Assembly (NCBI RefSeq): GCF_963921235.1
Contig: NC_086097.1
Location: forward strand, 159,156,001-159,220,000
Direction of reading: 5' to 3'
Source of the DNA: Mobula hypostoma
Lineage: Eukaryota
DNA length: 64,000 nt
The number at the start of each line of letters is the position of its first letter. Within the stretch, counting starts at the first letter, position 1. The notes beneath the pieces are model-generated. The model was not told where the DNA came from. It saw only the letters and a program-made list of their open reading frames with translations, and did not search any database. Positions 21,113-34,910 of this stretch are shown here, piece by piece. The position numbers were made by a program, and so were the translations under genes.

Positions 21113-23065
21113 AGAATCAGAATCAGAATCAAGTTTATTATCACTGGCATGTGACGTGAAATTTGATAACTTAGCAGCAACAATTCAATGCAATACATAA
21201 TACAGAAGAAAAAATATAATAATAATAATAAATAAATCAATTACTATATATATATTGAACAGATTAAATATCGTGCAAAAAACAGAAATACTATATATTT
21301 AAAAATGTGAGGTAGTGCCAAGGGATCAATGTCCATTTAGGAATCAGATGGCAGAGGGTAAGAAGCTGTTCCTGAATCGCTGAGTGTGTGCCTTCGGCTT
21401 CTGTACCTCCAGCCTGAGAAAAGGGCATGCCCTGGGTGCTGGAGGTCCTTAATAATGGACGATGTCTTTCTGAGACACTGCTCCTTGAAAATGTCCTGTG
21501 TACTTTGTAGGCTATGGAGCTGACTAAATTTGCAACCTTCTGTAGCTTCTTTCAGTCCTGTGCAGTAGCTCGCCCATACCAGACAGTGATGCAGTCTGTC
21601 AGAATGCTCTCCATGATACATCTATAGAAGTTTTTGAGTGTATTTGTTGACATACCAAATCTCTTCAAACTCCTAATGAAGTATAGTCGCTGTTTTGCCT
21701 CCTTTATAACTGCATCGATGTGTTGGGACCAGGTTAGATCCTTAGAGATCTTGACACCCAGGAACTTGAAACTGGTTCTCACTCTCTCCACTTCTCATCC
21801 CTCTATGAAGTTTGGTATGTATTCCTTCATCTTACCCTTCTGAAAGTCCACAATCAGCTCTTTCATCTTACTGACGTTGAGTGCCAGGTTGTTGCCATGG
21901 CACCACTCCACTAGCTGACATATCTCACTCCTGTACACCTCCTTGTCACCACCTGAGATTCTAACAACAATGGCTGTATCATCAGCATACTTATAGATAG
22001 TATTTGAGCTATGCCTAGCCAGACAGTCATGGGTATCTCGAGAGTAGAGCAGTGAGCTAAGCACACATCCCTGTGGAGCACCAGGGTTGATTGTCAGCGA
22101 GGAGGAAATGTTATCACCAATCCACACAGATTATGGTCTTTCAGTGAGGAAGTAGAGGATCCAGTTGCAGAGGGAAGTACAGAGGCCGAGGTTCTGCAGC
22201 TTCTCAATCAGGATTGAGGGAATGTTGGTATTAAATGCTGAGCTATAGACAATGAACAGCATCCTGACATAGGTGTTGGTGTTGTCCAGGTGGTATAAAA
22301 CCATGTGAAGAGCCATTGATATTACATCTGCTGTTGACCTATTGTGGTGATAGGCAAATTGCAATGGGTCCAGGTCCTTGCTGGTCCAGGAGTTCATTAT
22401 AGTCATGACCAACCTCTCAAAGCATTTCATCACTGTAGATGTGAGTGCTACTGGGCGACAGTGATTAAGGCAGCTCACGTTATTCTTCTTAGGAACTGGT
22501 ATAATTGTTACCTTTTTAAAGCAAGTGGGAACTTCCGCCTTTAGCAGTGAGAGGTTGAAAAAGACCTTGAATACTCCCACCAGTTGGTTGGCATATGTAT
22601 TCAGAGCCTTACCAGGTACTCCATCAGGACCTTCCGCCTTGCGAGGGTTCATTCTCTTTAAAGACAACCTAACGTCGGCCTCTGAGACAGATATCATATG
22701 ATCATCAGGTGCAGCAGGGATCTTCACAGCCGTTGAGTTCACCTGGTAGTGAAGCATTGCTACCATTCATGCTATTGGGTTTCACTTTGTAGTAAGTAAT
22801 GTCTTGCAAGCCCTGCCAGAGTTGTCATGCATTTGATGTCGCCTCCAACCTCGCTCAAAGTTGTCTCTTCGCCCTTAAAATACTCGTCCACAAATCATAC
22901 CTGGTTTTCTGGTACAGGCCTGAGTGACCAGACTTGAATGCCACAGACCTAGCTTTCAGCAGATGACGTACCTCCTGGTTCATCTGTGGCTCTTAGTTTG
23001 GGAATGTACAGTAAGTCTCTGTAGGCACACACTCATCCACACAGGTTTTAATGAAGTCAGTATGA
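21113..23065 (-). mobile_element. Rex1/Babar LINE (5'-truncated) with RT, nested in the CR1
   Basis: ORFs 22131-22766 'GPDGVPG..IIPVPKK..PVALTSTVMKCFERL..DPLQFAY', 21795-22127 'GAPQGCVLS..YKYADD', 21552-21791 'FKFLGV'. (GATTCT)n tail at 21113-21130. Confidence 0.92.
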
Positions 23066-23730
23066 AGTTAGCAGCACGCTGGAGCTTTCAGGTGTCAGGT
23101 ATCATGAAGTGTGTGAAGTTACCATTACAGGAGAGAAGGTTCTTGGCGAACTGAAAGATCTGAATGCAAATAAGTCACCTGGACCAGATGGTGTACACCC
23201 TAGAGTTCTGAAAGAGGTGGCTGAAGAGATTGTGGAGGCTTTAGTAATGATCATTCAAGAATCATCAGATTCTTAAATGGTTCTGGAAGAATCTTCAAGA
23301 AGGAAGAGAGGCAAAAGTCAAAAAACTATAGGCCGGCTGTTCTGACCTCAGTGATTGGGAAGATGTTGGAATTGATTATTAAGGATGAGGTCTCAGGCTT
23401 GTTGGAGGCACATGATAAAATAAGCCATAGTCAGTATGGTTTCCTCATGGGAGAACCTTGCCTGACAAATCTGTTGGAGTTAACGGAGAATCACTGATAA
23501 CGGAGAATTGGTTAATGTTGTATACTTGGATTTTCAGAAGACCTCTGACAAAGTCCCACACATGAAGCTGCTAAACAAGCTACAATCCCATGGTATTACA
23601 GGAAAGATTCTAGCATGGATTGGCTGATTAGCAAGATGCAAAGAGTGGGAATAAAGGAAACCTCTTCCGGCTGGCTGCCAAAAACTAGTGGTGTTCCACA
23701 GGGGCCTGTGCTGGTTCTTTTTACGTTATA
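23066..23730 (+). mobile_element. CR1 RT region, continuation
   Basis: aagtcacctggaccagatgg (SPGPDG), tgcctgacaaatctg (CLTNL), 'QRVGI..SGVPQG' (23615-23941 ORF). Confidence 0.85.
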
Positions 23731-23862
23731 TGTGAAACCCTGCTGGTTTCCTTGGCTGCGTACGTCTCGGGAAGACACATTCCAGTCCCGCCAAACCTGT
23801 GAGATGGAGCCGGCTCTCCCACCCCAAACCCTGGTTCGCTCCTATATGTTATGGTCTGATGG

Positions 23863-24830
23863 TAAAATTGGTTCACTGATGATATCACAGATTCTGCACT
23901 GCATGCTGTCCTATTCCACCTGCCAGGAAGCTGTTTATTGACATTAGCTCGGCATTTAATATGATCATCCCTCAGAAGCTGGTGGGTAAACTGTCCTCAT
24001 TGAGTCTCAACACCTCTCTAAGTAACTGGATGCTGGACCTCTTGATAGATAGGCTACAATCAGTCCCAGTTGGAAGCCCCATCTCTAGTTCCACCATGCC
24101 TAGCACCAGCGATCCCCAGGGCTTTGCTCAGCCCGCTGCTGACACATGACTGCATTGCTAGATCCAGTTCAAACCGAATCATGCAGTTTGGCGATGACAC
24201 AAGAGTGGCTGGCCTCATCAGCAACGAAGCAGTGTACAAAAGGGAGTTAGAGTAGCTCGCAGAATGGTGCCAGCACAACAGGAGCACCATCGAGAGTGTT
24301 CTGACCACCTGCATCACTGTCTGGTACAGGAATCTCAAAGCATCTGATCACAAGTCCCTACAAAGGATTTTGAGGACTGCTGAGATGATCGTCGAAGTCT
24401 CTCTTCCATCCATCAGACATATTTATCAGGGGCACTGCATGTGCAGAGACCTTAGCATTGTCAATGATCCTCCCATCCATCCAACAACCTCTTTGACCCC
24501 CTGCCATCAAGCAGGAGCATTAGGACAAGAACTGTCAGGTTGGGAAACAGCTTCTTCCTCCAGACCATAATACTACTGAACTTCCTGCCACCACCCAGCT
24601 ATCATCATGCATGAAGCACCAGTAGTGTTATACTGTTTACTTTTTAACTTGTGTCATAAATGCATCTTATTATTCATTAATTTACTAGTGGTAATATTAC
24701 TTTATGTGTTACATGTGTGAGTTATATGTACTGTATTCTGTACCTTGGTCCGGAGGAACATTGTTTTGTTTGGCGGAATACATGTGTATGGTTGAATGAC
24801 AATAAACTGTGGTTGAACATGAACCTTCTC
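23863..24830 (+). mobile_element. Rex1/Babar LINE, 3' portion (continuation of 13380-14317)
   Basis: Resumes just after QFAY (..tcactgatgat..); '[10 protein letters not shown]', 'QFGDDT'; 3' UTR ending gaatgacaataaac. Confidence 0.8.
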
Positions 24831-25259
24831 ATCACACAGATTGTTTCTTTATCAGGATGATATACTAAATGAAAATAGATTTTAAAAACTGTAGATTTTG
24901 GCCATCTGAAACAAAACAACAGAAAATACTATAAACTAGCCTGTTCATTCGAGAGTTCTTCAGCATACCGATCAGGAAAGCTAACTTGCATACAGACCAT
25001 GAGTTCATCCTTCACATTATTGCTATTAATTTAGTTCACCTAGTCTATACATTGGTTAAATTACCCCAAAATATGTATATGTCACCATACACTACCTTGA
25101 GATTCATCTTCTTGCAGGTAATCGCCGTTGAACAGAGAAGTACAATAGAATCAATAAAAATCTACACACAAAGACCGACAAACAATCAATATGAAAAATT
25201 ATTTCTCTTATTACATGTACTTTACTTTCCTAATACAATTCATGCTTTACATTACCACT

Positions 25260-25566
25260 CATAAAATGTTGGAGAAACTCATCAGGTCAGGCAGCATTTA
25301 TGGGAAAAAAGAGACGGTGTTACGAGCCCAGACCCTTCATCAGGTTGCATCTATAAAGAGGAATAAAGAGTCAGGCAGCACCTATGAAGAGGAATGAAGA
25401 GTCAATGTTGCTTGTTGAGACCCTTCATGGGTCTTGATAAGTCCTGATGAAGGGTCTCAGCCCAAAACGTCAACTCTTTATTCCTCTCCATAATTGCTGC
25501 CTGACCTGCTGAGTTGCTCAAGCATCTTGTGTGTGTTGCTCTCCAGCATTTGCAGAATCTCGCGCA
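25260..25566. mobile_element. Fold-back mini-element made of Penelope pLTR pieces, decayed
   Basis: Two inverted pLTR pieces plus one direct piece with ctgatgaagggtctcagcccaaaacgtc. Exact 14-bp TSD tttacattaccact (25246-25259, 25567-25580). Confidence 0.85.
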
Positions 25567-26934
25567 TTTACATTACCACTACTGTTTGAGAGAGAGAGAG
25601 AGTAGAGAACTCCTATCAAGATTATCTTCCTGGTGGTGTTCCTTAACTTCAAGTAAATTAATTCCACTTCTTGATTTTCCTAGTTATGATTCTTTCTCTC
25701 GACTCTAACTCAACCATTTTATCCAACTTTGTTTTCTATTTTGTCTACTCTGGGACATCCTTCATCATTTTGCAATAATAGTAGCTTTTTAGACATACTG
25801 TTATGTTTTAGGCTCTGACTTTGTAGATTTCCAGTGCTTGCTACAAGAATTAAGATACCCAGTGGTTTGAGAAGAATATATATGCAAGGGGAGGCTTGAC
25901 ATTGTACTTTAAGCAATGATTCAGTTTCAGATCTGATATGCACAACTGGTGATGCAATTGCCCTTCACTGTCTTTCTTCCTAAATACACATGACAAATAG
26001 AATACAGAGCAGGTCATGTTGAAACTACAGAAAAAAAAATGATGAATTGCAAGGTGAGTGGAAAGAAAACACTTTGGCACTTGTTTGTAAAAAGGCAAAG
26101 CAAATAGCCAACTGTATAGTTGCAATGAAAGCTAAATTACTCATTTAAGGACACTTTATTGAAAGAATATTTGAGAGATGATCTAACTGAAAATAGTATT
26201 GAAAGTCTATTTCCACTGATAAATGATTGATCAAAAAGGGTGAGAAATACTCAGTGGCATTACGAGTCAATCAAAGATGAAACTTTTCACCTCCTTCACT
26301 ATCACTTTGCACTATAAAGTATATGCTTTGCAAGTGACATTGATTTATTACATTTTTTCCTTGTATTTACTGACCTTGGTGGCCCATTTCTTTGGCTTTT
26401 TACCAATATTATTTCAGATTTTTTGAGCAAAAACATCAGCTATTAAGGCACTTCCATTTGCTGATTAATATTTCATTGTAACAGGCAATAACAAGACATT
26501 CTTTTTCCTTCAAATCAGTTAAACATCAAAGAAATAGGAAGCATAATTTTGTGAGAATGTAATATACAAAAGGAAAAATATTGCAGATGCTAGAAGTCTG
26601 AAATATTTTTAAAAATCTGGAATCATTCAGAAAAAAATTGTGTTGTCAGTGGCAAGCTTAAACCATGTACACCCCATAATACAAAATTTTAAATATATAA
26701 AGAATATCCTAAACATTCAGAGCAACTCTAATCAATAATTATGTCTAGTTTCCAATTCATGAATTAAACATTTTCCATCAAATGACAAACAATGTTAGAC
26801 CATTTCAGACTAATGGTCTATTATCTACATTGCAGTCTATTGTAAGTTCTTGAAATCAAAATATACATGGCAGACTATGGAAATAATATACTCTTTGCTT
26901 TGTGATGAGAGTAGGACATGTAGATTTACCAATT

Positions 26935-29900
26935 GTCCATAAGACCATAAGACATGGGAATAGATTTAGGCCACTCATTGCTATGCACTGCTATTCCACC
27001 ATGGCTGATTTATCATCCCTCTCAACCCCATTCTCCTGCCATCTCCCCGTAACATTTGATGACCTGACTAATCAAGATCTATCAACCTCTGCTTTGAATA
27101 TACTCATGACTTGGCCTTCACAGTTGTCCATGGCAATGAACTCCAGAAATTCACTACTGCCTGACTAAAGAAATTCTTTCTCTACTCTATTCTAAATGGA
27201 TACCCCTCAATTCTGAGGCTGTGCCCTCTGGTCCTGGACTCACCCACTATAGAAAACATCCTCTCCGCATAACTTTGTGTAGGCTTTTCAATATTCGATA
27301 GGTTTCAATGAGAGTCCCCTTCATTTATCTGAACTCCAGCAAGTACAGGCCAATAGAAATAAAACGCTTTCGTTCCCAGAATAATTATCGTGAAGTTCCT
27401 CTGGACCCTCTCCAAGGCCAGCACATCTTTTCTTAGATAAGGGACCCAAAACTGCTCATAATACTCCATGTGCTGTTAGACCAATGCTTATAAGGCCCCA
27501 GCAGCACTTTCTTGCTCTTATATTTTAGTTCTCTTGAAATGAATACTCACATTGCATTTGCCTCCCCTATCAGTGACTGAAGCTGCAAGTTAACCTTTAG
27601 GAAATCTGGCACAAGGACTCTCAACTCCCCTTGCACCTCTGAATTTTGAATTTAATTCCTGTTTAAAAAATACGCTTTTATACCTTTTATCATAGTGCAT
27701 GACCATACACCACCCTACACTAAATTTCATCTGCCACTAGTTTGCCTATTCTCTCAATCTGTCCCAGTCCTGCAGACTCCCTTCTTCCTCAATACTACCT
27801 GCCCCTCTACCTATCTTTGTATCATCTGCAAACTTGGTCATAAAGCCATCAATTCCTTTATACAAATCTTTGAATAAAATGTGAAAAGAAGCGGTCCCAA
27901 TACAAACCCCTGAGGAACACGATACCAGCAGCCAACCAGAATAGGCCTGCATTATTCCAACTCTTTGCCACCTGCAAATCAGCCAATCTTCTTTCCATGC
28001 TAGAATAATACCATGTGTTCTTATCTTGCTAAGCAGCCTCATGCATGGTACCTTGTCAAAGGCCTTTTGAAAAACTAAGTAATCAACATCCACTAACTCT
28101 CCTTTGTTTATCTTATATAGATATAGAATAGTACAGCACAGTACAGGCCCTTCGGCCCACAATGTTGTGCCCTCAAACCCCGCCTCCCATATAAGCCCCC
28201 ACCTTAAATTCCTCCATATACCTGTCTAGTAGTCTCTTAAACTTCTTAAAGTGTATCTGCCTCCACCACTGACTCAGGCAGTGCATTCCACGTACCAACC
28301 ACTCTGAGTAAAAAACCTTCCTCTAATATCCCCCTTGAACTTCCCACCCTTTATGTTAAAGCCATGTCCTCTTGTATTGAGCAGTGGTTCCCTGGAGAAG
28401 AGGCGCTGGCTATCCACTCTATCTATTCCTCTTATTATCTTGTACACCTCTACCATGTCTCCTCCCATCCTCCTTCTCTCCAAAGAGTAAAGTCCTAGCT
28501 CCCTTAATCTCTGATCATAATGCATACTCTCTAAACCAGGCAGCATCTTGGTAAATCTCCTCTGTACCCTTTCCAATGCTTCCACATCCTTACCTGTTAT
28601 TTCCTCAAAGAATTACAGCAGATATGTTAGGTAAGATTTTCCCTCAATGGAAACCCTGCTAACTTTGGCCTATTTTATCATGTGCCTCCAAGTACTCCTA
28701 AAACTCATCCAATCGATTCCAACATCATCCTAACCACTGAAGTCAAGCTAACTGACCTATAATTTGCTTTCCTATGCCTCCATCTCTTCTTAAATAATGG
28801 AATGACATTTGCAATTTTCAGTCCTCTGGAACCAATCCAGAATCAGTGATTCTTGAAAGATTATTTCTAATGCCCCCACAATCTCTTTAGCTACCTCTGG
28901 GTGTAATCCATTGGATCCAGGTAATTTATTTATCATCAGAAAATTCAGCTTCCTAAGCACCTTCTCCTTAGTAATAGCAACTACCCTTGACACTCTCGAA
29001 TTGTGGGCATTCTGCTAGTGTCTTCCATAGTGAAGACTGATGGAAAGTACATACCAAGTTTGTCCATCGTTTCTTTGTCCCCCATTACTACCTTTCCAGC
29101 GCCATTTTCCAGCAGTCCAATACCTACTCTTGCCTCTCTTTTACTCTTTATGCATCTGAAAAAAAAAACATTTGGAATGCTCTTTGATATTTTTGGCTAG
29201 CTTACCTTCATAGTTTACCTTTCTCTCCTTATGGTTTTATTAATTGCTTTTTGTTGTTTATTAAAAGCTTCCCAGTCCTCTAACTTCCCACTATTTTTTT
29301 GCTAGATTATGTGCTCTCTCTTTTGCTTTTGTGCTATCTTACACTTTCCTTGTCACCCATAGATTCTTCATCCTCCCTTTAGAACGCTTATTCAACTTTG
29401 GGATGTATTTGTTTTGCGGCTTTCAGATTGTCCCAAGAAACTCCAGCTATTACTATTCTGCCATCATCTCCGGTAGTGTCCCCTTCCAATCAAATTTGGC
29501 CAGCTCCTTTCTCAAGCCTCTTTACTTCCCTTTGCTTCACAGTAACACTGATACATCTGGCTCTATCTCCTCCCTCTCAAACTGTAGGGTGAATTATATC
29601 ATATTCTGATCATTGATTCCTAGAGGTTCCTTTGCCTTAAGCTCCCTTATCAAACCTAGTTCATTACACAATATCCAATCTCGAATTTCCTTTCTTCTAG
29701 TGGGCTCAACCAAATGCTGTTCTAAAAAGCTGACTTACAGGCATTCTACAAATTCCCTCTCTTTGGCCCCAGAACCATCCTGATTTTTCTAATCTACCTG
29801 CATATTGAAATCCCCCTTGACTATTGTAACATTGCCCTTATTACATGCCTTTTCTATTTCCCATTGAAATTTATATCCCACATCCTTGCCTCTGTTCAGA

Positions 29901-30505
29901 GAACTGTATATAATACCCGTCGGGTTTTTTTAACCTTTGCAGTTTCTTTGCTCTACCTTCATGGATCCTACATCTTCTGATCCTATGTCGTCTTTTTTTA
30001 AGGATTTGATTTAATTTTTTACCCACTGAATCACCCCAACCCCCCCTTCTATCTGTCTGTCCTTATGACCCTTGTATGTTAAGCTCCCAAGCCCCATCTC
30101 AGTGATGTCCACAACATCATACCTGCCAATCTCTAATTTGCACTACAAGATCATCTACCTTATTTTGTATACTGCATGCATTCAAATATAACATCTTCAG
30201 TCCTGTATTCATCACTTTTTTCTATTTTGCCCTAAGTTACACTTCACCTCAACCCACTGACTGCAATTTTGCCCTTTTGTCTGCCTTTCCTTCCTCACAC
30301 TCTCTATCCACACTGCACTGACTTTTATACCAACTGCACCATCTCAGCCCTATCTCTCCAGTTCCCATTCCCCGGCTAAGTGAGATTAGATCCTCCCCAA
30401 TATCATTAGCAAACCTACCTGCAAGGACATTGGTACTCCTCGTGTTCGAGTGTAACTCATCCTTTTTGTATAGTGCATGCCTTCCCCAGAAGAGATCCCA
30501 ATGAT
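26935..30505 (-). mobile_element. Long CR1 LINE (ORF1 end, ORF2, 3' UTR), decayed
   Basis: ORF 27746-28162 'FQKAFDKVP..QRVGI..TKFADDTKIG'; 28790-28993 'LPGSNGLHP'; endonuclease-like sequence to ~30200; (ataagacc) tail at ~26940. Confidence 0.88.
28115..28590 (-). mobile_element. CR1/HER1-like 3' fragment nested in the long CR1
   Basis: ORF 28274-28585 'ALERVQRRFTKMLPGL..LERRRMGGDM..TRGH'; tail gggccgaagggcctgtactgtgctgtac. Confidence 0.88.
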
Positions 30506-31169
30506 CCCTTGCTTTTTTTTGTTGCTTTGTTTGTGTGTTAACTGGAAATGCTTTTCAATTTATTTGATATTTTCACTATTTCTTTACTTTATTAGTTTCA
30601 TTTTTACTTACCGTACAGGGTCTAAATTATTCTTAGAATATTTTGTAAACCAGATCTGTCTGATATTGTATTTTCTTCCCCAAAGAAGGAAAAAGTTAAG
30701 TCTTACTTAGTTTCCTCATTACCTAGAAGATGCTAAAGAACTTTGTGGCTATGCAATAACATTCTGGCTTTGGTTGTTCTTGTCAGTATCAAATTTTTGG
30801 AAAGTTTAAGTGAAGATTTGGGACATGATATTTGTACATTTTCCAAGCTATTGAAAAGAGTTGATGGAAGTGAATATTAATAGCACCACTTGAGCTCGAT
30901 TAATATTTATAAATTATCACCATTAATTGTGTTGAATTGCAGAGCAAACAACTATAGAATATTCATTAGCAATTTCAACACATGTCTTAGAGAAAAAAGG
31001 ATAGAGTGAGAAGTTACAGTTCCACAGGGTTTAGCAGATTTAGAATGGTGTAAAAGAAAAATATCTAATCTGTTCGCAGAATATAGCTGAACACAACTTG
31101 AACAGATTATTGTACATTAGACCTCAATCTAGTCTGCAGAGGAAGTAAGATCACAGTGACATTGTCCAT

Positions 31170-31620
31170 GGTCATAGAACTGGAATTATACCATACACCC
31201 TTCATCTTCTAAGCCCATGCTAATCATACCCATCCATATTAATTCCCTCACCAGCACTTGATCTACAGATAAATGCCTTTCAATTCAAGTGCCTGTCTGG
31301 ATACTTGCAAGACGTTGTGAAAAGCTTTGCTAACATCCTCTCCTCAAACAGTGTAATACAGATTCCAACCACCTTCTGGATGAAAACATGTTTCCTCAGA
31401 TTGCTCCTAAACCTCCTAAACATTTCCCCATTTCTAAGGCTGTTCATCATCTTTCCTATCATATCTGCATTCTCTCAAATGAAATCACACTCTTCCTGCA
31501 ATATGGTAACAATACTCCATATATGTCCTAACCAATATTTTACATCATAATCTTCTTGCTCATATATTCTATGCATCAATTTAAGAATCTCATACACTTT
31601 TTTCACACGTGATCTACCTG
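31170..31620 (-). mobile_element. Old CR1 3' fragment
   Basis: ORF 31280-31462 'RRFRSNLRKHVFIQKVVGIC' resembles the CR1 ORF2 C-terminus. Confidence 0.55.
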
Positions 31621-32142
31621 CAAAATAAAGAAGACCTTCTAGAAAAGTTCATTCAGTGCTATTAAAGTCCATCTCAAATACTTCGATCTGAAATGGAAAG
31701 GGACAATACAACTTCAATGGTAAATAGACTCCAAACAAAACAGATTAAAGAGAAAAATGGAGGCAGACAGTGCCAGGCCATCTTTCCCCAATTTCTACCT
31801 GATTATGGGTGCTCCACACCCCTTTCCCTCAAGGTTCAGAGTGTAAAAGGTTTTTTTCAGCTTCCATCCAATTCTCGGTTCTTTTGCTTTGCATCTGGGA
31901 GTTAAATATTACTAGGAGGTATACTGACACCAAGATGTTGACGCAACTTTGGGAACTACAGGAATTAGAACTGTGTTTTTATTGTATATACACTTGAATA
32001 AGTTAGTCATCGGAATATGATTGGTAGTCAGGAGCAGGAAATCAATTTATGTTCAACCACTCCAAACCAAAGCTACAGTACTGAACTGTTGCACTTCTGC
32101 TGAATATCTTTCAAATTTTCATATTGATATAATTTACATGAT

Positions 32143-32254
32143 ATAACCTTCTGCCACCTTTTTAAAATTGTGAATATCAATAACCTTCTGCCACCCTTTT
32201 TAAAATTGTGAATATCAATAATCTTCTGCCACCTTTTTTGAATTGTGAACATCA
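32143..32254. repeat. Minisatellite, 3 x ~37 bp
   Basis: Unit ataaccttctgccacctttttaaaattgtgaatatca repeated head-to-tail three times with small variants. Confidence 0.9.
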
Positions 32255-32692
32255 AATCATCAACTTTTTCCAAGCCCTCTCTAATTACCCACTGTTAGAG
32301 TTATCTAAATAAGAGCTGGATACTAATAATAACTTCAATCATTCAAAATCAGAATACTATTGACGCTGGAAATTTGAAATGAAGTGCTAGATCAGGCAGC
32401 ATCTGTGGAGAAAGAAAAACAGATCCTTTCTCACTTCATAAATCTGAAATATTAACTGTTTTTCTCTCCATGAAAGCTTCATTTGTGGAGTATTTCTAAT
32501 ATTTACTGAATTATTTATTGACAGTAATTGTGCTTATTACCACATGCCTTTATGAAAAGTATTGGAATGCATTAAAAATTGAAATATTCCTTTACGTTAA
32601 CTCCCAGAAGTCAGTATATGCAATTCATAAGTGGATGTTGAAAAGACTATGTGTGAAGTGATTTGTTGTTTGCTTTGTCTGAAATGGGACCT

Positions 32693-33010
32693 TGGGCAGC
32701 CATGGAAGAGTAGCAGTTAGCGCGATGCTATTACAGCTGGGGGCGCCAGTGTTCGGAGTTCAATCCTGGAGCCCTCTGTGTCTGTATGTCTGTATGTGTG
32801 GGTTTTCTCTGAGTCCTCTGGTTTCCTCCTACAGTCCAAAGGTGTACTGGTTAGGTTAATTGGTCACTGTAAATTGTCACGCGATTAGGTTCGGCTGAAA
32901 TCAGGGTTGTAGGGGGTTGCTGGGTGGTGCAGCATGAAGGGATGGAAGAGCCTATTCCACACTGTATCTCTTAAATAAATAAAAATAAAATTTAAAAAAT
33001 AAATAAATAA
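32693..33010 (+). mobile_element. tRNA-derived V-SINE-type (HE1-like) SINE
   Basis: B-box gagttcaatcc; core ggtttcctcctacagtccaaag..ggttaattggtcactgtaaattgtc; A-rich tail. Paralogue of 10885-11204. Confidence 0.82.
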
Positions 33011-33780
33011 AGTAAATATACAGCAGATGCAAATTTAGATCATATGACCTAAAGACATAGGAGTAGAAATAAGCTATTTGACCCATTGAGTCTGCTTCGT
33101 GGTCCGTCATGGCTGATTATTATCCTTCTCATCCCCATTCTTCTTGTAACATTTGAAACCCTGTTTAATCAAGAACTTACCAACTGCTGCCTTAAATATG
33201 CCAAATGACTTAGCCTGCTTAGCCATCTATGGCAATGAATTCCACAGATTCAGCAATCTCTGGTGAAAGAAATCTTTCCTCATCTCTGTTCTAAGTGGAC
33301 ATTCCTCTATTTTGAGGCTGTACCCCCCGGACCTACACTCCCACACTACAGGAAACATCCTCTCCACATCCACTCCATCTAGGACTTTCAATATTCAATA
33401 GGTTTCAATGAGATTCACCCTCATTCTTCTGAACTGCAGCAAGTACAGGCCCAGAGCCATCAAACGCTCCTCTTATGTAAACTCTTTCATTCCTGGGATC
33501 ATTCTCGTGAACCTCCTCTGGACTCTCTCCAATGCCAGCACATCTTTTCTTAGATACGGGGCCCAAAACTACTCACAAGATTCCAATGTACGGTTTGACC
33601 AGTGCCTTATAAAGCCTCAGCCTTTGCAGAAGTCCTCTGGAAATGAATGCTAACATTGCATCTGCCTTCCCTACCACCAACTCAACCAGCAAGTTACAAG
33701 GAATCCTGCACAAGGGCTCTCAAGTCTTTTTGCACCTCTGATTTTTGAATGTTCTCCCCATTTAGAAAGTAGCCTGTGCC

Positions 33781-34774
33781 AGTTGTTTACAATATATATT
33801 AATGACTTGGATGAGGGAATTAAATGCAGCATCTCCAAGTTTGCGGATGACACGAAGCTGGGCGGCAGTGTTAGCTGTGAGGAGGATGCTAAGAGGATGC
33901 AGGGTGACTTGGATAGGTTGGGTGAGTGGGCAAATTCATAGCAGATGCAATTTAATGTGGATAAATGTGAAGTTATCCACTTTGGTGGCAAAAATAGGAA
34001 AACAGATTAATATCTGAATGGTGGCCGATTAGGAAAAGGGGAGGTGCAACGAGACCTGGGTGTCATTATACACCAGTCATTGAAAGTGGGCATGCAGGTA
34101 CAGCAGGCGGTGAAAAAGGCGAATGGTATGCTGGCATTTATAGCGAGAGGATTCGAGTACAGGAGCAGGGAGGTACTACTGCAGTTGTACAAGGCCTTGG
34201 TGAGACCACACCTGGAGTATTGTGTGCAGTTTTGATCCCCTAATCTGAGGAAAGACATCTTTGCCATAGAGGGAGTACAAAGAAGGTTCACCAGATTGAT
34301 TCCTGGGATGGCAGGACTTTCATATGAAGAAAGACTGGATGAACTGGACTTGTACTCGTTGGAATTTAGAAGATTGAGGGGGGATCTGATTGAAATGTAT
34401 AAGATCCTAAAGGGATTGGACAGGCTAGATGCAGGAAGATTGTTCCCGATGTTGGGGAAGTCCAGAACGAGGGGCCACAGTTTGAGGATAGAGGGGAAGC
34501 CTTTTAGGACCGAGATTAGGAAAAACTTCTTCACACAGAGAGTGGTGAATCTGTGGAATTCTCTGCCACAGGAAACAGTTGAGGCCAGTTCATTGGCTAT
34601 ATTTAAGAGGGAGTTAGATATGGCCCTTGTGGCTAAAGGGATCAGAAGGTATGGAGGGAAGGCTGGGGCGGGGTTCTGAGTTGGATGATCAGCCATGATC
34701 ATAATAAATGGCGGTGCAGGCTCGAAGGGCCGAATGGCCTACTCCTGCACCTATTTTCTATGTTTCTATGTTTC
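33781..34774 (+). mobile_element. Young CR1 LINE, 5'-truncated
   Basis: SKFADDTKLGG; 'RDLGV..LVRPHLEYCVQF'; ORF 34296-34679; (tttctatg)n tail. Near-identical to 59572-59945. Confidence 0.93.
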
Positions 34775-34910
34775 TATTCCTTCTACCAAAGTATATGACT
34801 ATGCACTTCCCTACACTATATGTCACCTTCCAGTTCTTTGGCTATTCTCTAAGTCTGTCTAAGTCCTTCTGCAGACACTCTGGTCCTTCAACATACCTGC
34901 CCTTCACCTA

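Noticed and set aside
32143..32254. Three ~37-bp repeats, the size of CRISPR repeats
   Set aside because: The units are directly adjacent with no unique spacers, there are no cas genes, and the context is eukaryotic. This is an ordinary minisatellite.
34007..34702. 231-aa minus-strand ORF (similar ORF at 59649-59870)
   Set aside because: Antisense shadow of a young CR1 ORF2; no independent protein signal.
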